64,000 bases of DNA from Eledone cirrhosa (lineage: Eukaryota), in the NCBI GenBank assembly GCA_964016885.1, contig OZ024742.1, positions 156,240,001 to 156,304,000 on the forward strand, in the 5' to 3' direction. Under the pieces are notes generated by a model, which was given only the letters and a program-made list of their open reading frames with translations, did not search any database and was not told where the DNA came from. Every line of letters starts with the position of its first letter. Within the stretch, counting starts at the first letter, position 1. Below, in pieces: positions 55,394 to 64,000 of this stretch. The position numbers and the translations under genes were made by a program.

Positions 55394-55715
55394 TAATAAT
55401 TGTTTCTACTTTAGGCACAAGGCCAGCAAATACCCAATGCAACTGTAATAATAATAATAATAACATGTGTAACTCAAACATGTTAAACCTGGCTTCGGTT
55501 TTTCTATGTCTCTGCTATATATACTTCAGTGACAGCCATTACTGGCTGTGAACTCATCAGGCAGTAAGGATTAATGTAGAAAAAATAGGTAAACATTGTT
55601 TTTTAATGTGTTCTACCCTGTTAAGTCATTGATATGTCCAGCTCATGAGTGTGTTGTTAGTCCTCAAAGGAACTGGAATCATACCCAACACACACTCAAT
55701 ACACACACACACACG

Positions 55716-55845
<130 letters not shown>

Positions 55846-55915
55846 CGTATCTTAAAATACCAGATTAAGGTATATCGAGCCTTCTTTGGATTTTAGTCGT
55901 CAAATTTATTATTAT

Positions 55916-55949
<34 letters not shown>

Positions 55950-55954
<5 letters not shown>

Positions 55955-57375
55955 TAACCTTTGTGAGGGTCATATTGCCAATAAGAAACACACCCTCCAG
56001 TTGCTCTCAGTTCAATTTATTATAATTTAAATTTATACATTTAGGAATTTATAAATTTCCGGTGGGTTGGTTGGTTCCACAACCAGACGATTGTTCATAT
56101 ATTGTCAAATTTCTTTCGTAACACATTCCGTGGCTTCTTCATTCCCATTATGCCAAACCCATGACTTCCAAATATCTGATCTATCAAATATCTGATCCAG
56201 CTGTTTCGGACCATACCAAAATCAACATACTGATTGGAGAATTGGTACGGGTGATGAGAAACGTGCCCCGAATGATGCAACCCAAAATAACTAGAGAGAC
56301 ACATACAAAACTTCATCCACCGTATGCAGTTCTCTGGGTACAATCAGAAGAATTAAATCAGAATTTATATAGGAGCCAGAACGAAATGGGAAACCTTAGT
56401 AAATAATGATACAAATGGGACCTGCCCCTTGCATAGGAGCAAATGTTGGAATATAATAGAAACAACTAGGAATAAGGTTAATAGAATAAACTCATGGTAT
56501 GATAGCAATAAATACCTGAGTGTAATGTTCATCGATACAACCCATTGAGATGAATTAGCTTACAAATTTAGAAGGGCCCTAGATAAACATGAACTCAATA
56601 TTAATATAGTAGAAAGACCAGCTACCTCCATAAAAAAAACTTATTAGCAATACGTACCCTTTTCAAAGACGTCCCTGTATAGATAAGAAATGTATAATCT
56701 GTAAACTAAGCCCCCATATTAACTCTAAAACTATAAATGTAGTATATAGCATAAGAAGTACTGAAGGACAATGTGGAGATAAGAATATAGTTTAGATAGG
56801 TGAGACAGCTCGTAGTATAGGGGAACGGATAAATGAAAACTGGCGAGAGATTCAAAATAGTAAAGAATCATCTGTACTCAACCAACATGCTAAAATGGAA
56901 CACAAGGGTAAATTAGAGAACATAGACATAAAAATAGAATCTACACACAGAAAAGACGCAATGTTTAGACAAATCACAGAGGCAATAAACATAAATGAAG
57001 TCCAACCAAAATAAAATAGAAAACATGCATGGAACAGCAACATCACAACTTACAGTTAAGGACAAAATGAAAACCCACACACATAGATCAAACAACTAAC
57101 CAGTAACATGTAAATAAACAAGTAAATAAACAAATATAAACACACACATACACCAGGATGTAACACATGCGCAAACTAAGCACACAGCACACACAAAAAC
57201 AAGATGGCGTAGGAAAGAACAAAGGAGAGGCACAACAACAAAGAAAATAATCCCCATTCACTCAAGAGGTCACATAATGTGTGACGAAAGAACTTTGACA
57301 ATATATGAACAATCGTCTGGTTGTGGAACCAAGCAACCAACGAGAAATTTATAAATTCCTAAATTTATAAATTTA
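55950..57375 (+). mobile_element. PLE family 1 copy E, decayed, with inverted pLTR piece at 55950-56141
   Basis: Homology to copy D from HSHYAKPM onward; hammerhead core mutated (ctcaaga) at ~57260; (TA)n on both sides. Confidence 0.88.
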
Positions 57376-58424
57376 TATATATATATATATGTCAACAAGA
57401 GATATGTCAACGGAGATGTATGTCAACAAACTCGAGAACATGCCCAGGGAAACAGTAACAAATCACCCACTATGGCGGCCGCACCCTGCCTATAACCACT
57501 CACCCCACCCCCTCCCTTAATAAACCCCCACCTAAATAGATGCCCCTCCCCATTCTTTATAGTTAGTTCTTTTTTATCAGTGATTAGTTCTTTACTAATA
57601 GGAATTTGTTTGTATTTTACCACAGTCGACTTAATGGGCTTGGAGAGTTGACTCACTTGAAGTCTGACCACTCGATAACTTAGGGGTTGTGCCCCTTGAA
57701 CGGGGGTGTGTCTAGCTGCTCTACATGCTGTCTGCTACTACCCGAGACTGGACATGGTCGTAGCCACAGGCCAGCGCGTGCGCGATAGCATAGAATGTAT
57801 ATTTTCTGCTAGTCATCCCGTGTAATATGATACCCTAAGATTCTATGCATGAGATTCACCGAGGCATGCGCAGTCTTAACCGGGAGATGACATGCGAACT
57901 TGAAAGTACCACAAGTGAGACCCTCTGGATAACGTAGACGCCGGACCATACCCGCAAATATATACCCTGATCTGTCTTGAATATACAGGGCTGACGGAAT
58001 ATGGATAACACGACCACCATCTAAGCTGGAACCGACCCATACAGCAAACAAAGAGGGGACAGCTCTTCGTTTTTGACCAGTCGCGTGTGGGCTTGGAGTT
58101 CGTAATATACCACCCCAGTCAAATCCACACTCGTTTTTCTACCAATATGGCATGTAGACCAATACATCCTATGTAGCGAGACCTTGGACTTAGAACCGGC
58201 CGAAAGCGTGCAACCCCTGAAACTAATAGGTCGAAAGGACCACACCCAGCAACCACTAGCTATTGGAACCACAGGTACATCTCCCAGATAGTCCACGCAG
58301 CTGATAGTGAATCCCAGTTGATCCGTGAACTATGAACAACACCAGCTGTGCCTGGAGCTATGCAGATGACTACATACGCATAATGGATATCGCGCCCACA
58401 CGGTCACCAGTACTGTTCATCCTG

Positions 58425-58676
58425 TTGTATGTATGTAAATATCCGTGCGCGGGATATCCCTGAATACATTTTCTTGACCATCAATTGTTAATCGATTGTT
58501 TGTTAATTAGGCAGGAATATACCATTGTGTCTGTGCTAATCCTATGTGTTACTGTATGTGTGTAAAGTATCCGAGCGCGGGATATCCCTGAGCTAATTTT
58601 GCCTGACTGTTAATAGTGATTTGATTGCTTGTTAATTAGGCAGGAATATATATTATTATGTCTTTGTTAATCCTGT
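58425..58676. repeat. Tandem duplication of a ~128-bp unit
   Basis: atccg.gcgcgggatatccctga...ttgttaattaggcaggaatata at 58441 and 58569. Confidence 0.85.
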
Positions 58677-59620
58677 ATCAATAATTTTATAATAATTTTT
58701 TGTGATAATACATTGTTAGATTACTGAAGCTACCTTATACCTTCTTAAAAATACATTTTATAATTATTGTCTTTTTGCTTATGTATTTTCTTATTTACCA
58801 CTTTCTTTAATCTTGCCCAACTTGATAAACTCTTTGAATTGCTCCCTAATTAAATTAATTAAATTACTTAAATTACTTAAAGTATTGTATCGATTGTGCC
58901 TAAGTTGTATCTGCTGAAGCAGCCCTTTGAAAATTCCTCGGATATCCCAAATACCGTAATTTTTAACTTTTAATGTATAGTTTTCCTCAGTTCGGTTTTT
59001 TATATATATCCTTAAAGGCTCTTTAAAATGTTAATTCTTTGAAGGTCTCTCGGAGGAGGTTCCTATTAAAAATATTAAAGGGGCCTTTTCTTAGAGAACT
59101 ATAGAAGGCTCTTTGAATTAACCTTTAATTGATTAGTTTCTTTCAACCTAGTAGGGAATATCAAAACTTCGTAAGCTTTCTGAAATGTGTAAACGTGATC
59201 TCGGGGGAAGAAAGTTTTTTTCTTTCGGAAAAAAACTTTTTTCTCTAGAAGGAATTTCATAGGAAACTTTATATATTTTTTTAGGGAAACTTTATGTTTT
59301 TATTTTTTATTTTATTAGCCTCTTAATTTCTTCTAGTTTAGTAGGTTTATTGGAGCCTGTAAGCTTTATGCACTTATTGAGAGATTTTTTGAGGTGCTTC
59401 TAAGGGACCCCAAGTCTTTTAGTTTACTGTTAATGCGTAAATTATAAATTATCTAATTTTTAACCTTCAATCCCTGACCCCGACAACTAATATAAAAGAG
59501 CCCCCTTAGAATATAGACCCCAACTATACAAGCCGAGCTGCTGATGTATACCACAATTTCAAACTGCTAGCCTTGAGTGATACGTTGATGTAGATAATGA
59601 TCTTACAGTCACATGTTGTA

Positions 59621-59667
59621 TGCCTTGAAAATTCCCACCATGTGGTCGGACGAAACGGCTGTCGGCA
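59621..59667 (+). ncRNA. Variant minimal hammerhead-like motif (fourth family)
   Basis: TGCC-TTGAAAA-ttcccACCA(tg)TGGTcggac-GAAA-cggct-GTC-GGCA, followed by AATAAA, a short tail and (TA)n. Confidence 0.5.
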
Positions 59668-59710
59668 ATAAACTTGTTGTAATGTCATAATTGTTCCTTT
59701 GTTCTCTCTC

Positions 59711-62590
<2,880 letters not shown>

Positions 62591-62639
62591 ACTATAGGAA
62601 GGATTATAGGAAAGACTTATCGGAAGGATTATCAGTCTA

Positions 62640-63516
62640 AAGTAGACAAATGTCATGGTGCAGGGCACAAATCACCCTCCAACCATCATTGACGGGCACG
62701 CGCTGGAAGCTGTAGTCAAGTCTACCTACATCGGGTCCTCCATCTCAGGCTCGCTCACCCTAGCAGCGGAGGTGAACAGCAGGATCGCCAAGGCTGCTGC
62801 TGTTATGGTCAAGCTGAGTCAGAGATTCTGGAATAACCCCTGCCTCACGGAGAAGACGAAGCTGCGCGTCTACCAGGCCTGTATGCTCAGCAATCTGCTC
62901 CACAGAAGTGAGTATTGGACCACCTACGCCAAGCAGGAGAAGAAACTTGACAGCTTCCACCTGAGAGGTCTGCGACGCATTCTGTACGTACGCTAGCAGG
63001 ACAAGGTTCCCAACACAGAAGTCCTGAAGCGGGCCTGGATGGGCAGCATGTTCGCAATCCCCAAACAAAGACGCCTGGGCTGGCTCGGCCATGTCAGATG
63101 AATGAATCCTGGCCACAACCCCAAGGATCTCCTGTACGGTGAATTGGCAGCGGGCGTGCGACCGGCCGGACGCCCGCAACTCCGCTTTAGGCACGTTTGC
63201 AAGAAGGGCCTAAAGCTGTGCAGCATCAACGTTGCCTCGTGGGGAACCCTTGCTGGGGAGCGCCTATCTTAGCACTCCACTGTGAGGAGAGGTGTGCGGG
63301 CAGCCGAAGATGCGAGAAATGAGGCTCTTGCTGACAGGAGTTCCAGGAGAATCGACAACGAACACAGGCCTTAGCAACGAACAGCATATATTTGCACTAA
63401 GTGAACCAGGGACTGCCACTCACGGGTCGGGTTGTTCAGATACTCACGCAAGTGCAACCATTGAGACCCACGCGGACCTAATCCAGCGTCTTGCGAAAAC
63501 GGACGGATGCCCACGA

Positions 63517-63518
<2 letters not shown>
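62640..63518 (+). mobile_element. 5'-truncated RTE-clade LINE (RT C-terminus and 3' end)
   Basis: LEAV..TYIGSSIS, EVNSRIAKAA, TKLRVYQAC, FHLRGLRRIL, QDKVPNTEVL, RRLGWLGHV, PKDLLYGEL, GRPQLRF. Confidence 0.88.
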
Positions 63519-63583
<65 letters not shown>

Positions 63584-63585
<2 letters not shown>

Positions 63586-64000
63586 AGGTGTGTCAGAAAA
63601 GTTCCGGTACTGATTCAGAAAAGATATATTTCAAACCCAAACTTCACACTTAGAGTTTTCTCCTTCAAAGTACTCCCCCTGGTGTTTAATGCACTTTTCC
63701 GGGATCCTCCGTAGTTTCGTCGTCACGGCCCTTTTAATGTTGTCCATTTCAAAACGGGTCCCCTCCAGTTCGTACTCGAAGATCCATGTATCATCACCGG
63801 TGATGACTGTCCCTAGCAAGTCCGGTTCGGTTTTAAGACGCTAGAGGAAATCCTGGCACACTTGCATGCGTCGACCCCTCTGGTCATCGTTTACCAATTT
63901 TGGCACCATCTTCGCGCAGACTTTCCGCATGTCCAATCTTCAGTGAGGATCTTTCAGACGCTGTCCCGATTCTGCCCAACTCATCAGTCGAACAGTCAGC
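63584..64000 (-). mobile_element. Internally deleted mariner (Tc1/mariner) element, 3' end
   Basis: TA + caaggtgtgtcagaaaagttcc TIR. Minus strand reads MRKVCAKMVPKL, VITGDDTWIFEYE, then GTRF..KCIKHQGEYFE; the middle of the catalytic domain is missing. Confidence 0.85.

Overview
AT-rich eukaryotic (animal) DNA packed with (TA)n/(CA)n microsatellites and retroelements. The dominant tRNA-derived SINE resembles octopus SINEs as I recall them, so an octopod cephalopod is likely (inference). The only host-gene signal is two phase-compatible exons at 411-593 and 1396-1514 (+), ending in a GPI-anchor-like C-terminus. The rest is mobile-element DNA. There are six copies of one Penelope-like element (PLE family 1, RT + C-terminal GIY-YIG), almost all sitting in (TA)n, several with inverted pseudo-LTRs, each carrying a minimal type I hammerhead motif (two degenerate). 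There is also a GC-rich second PLE family, a near-full-length decayed R4/Dong LINE with a predicted multi-pseudoknot 5' leader, RTE, CRE and Tx1 LINE fragments, a deleted mariner, a probable non-autonomous Helitron and many SINEs. The most unusual signal is a set of short ORF-less foldback elements built from hammerhead-containing PLE-type termini (20524-20805 with 18091-18146; 29514-29813; 13518-13702; 23487-23650). One has a different PLE inserted across its predicted self-cleavage site. All RNA structures were folded by eye and are untested.
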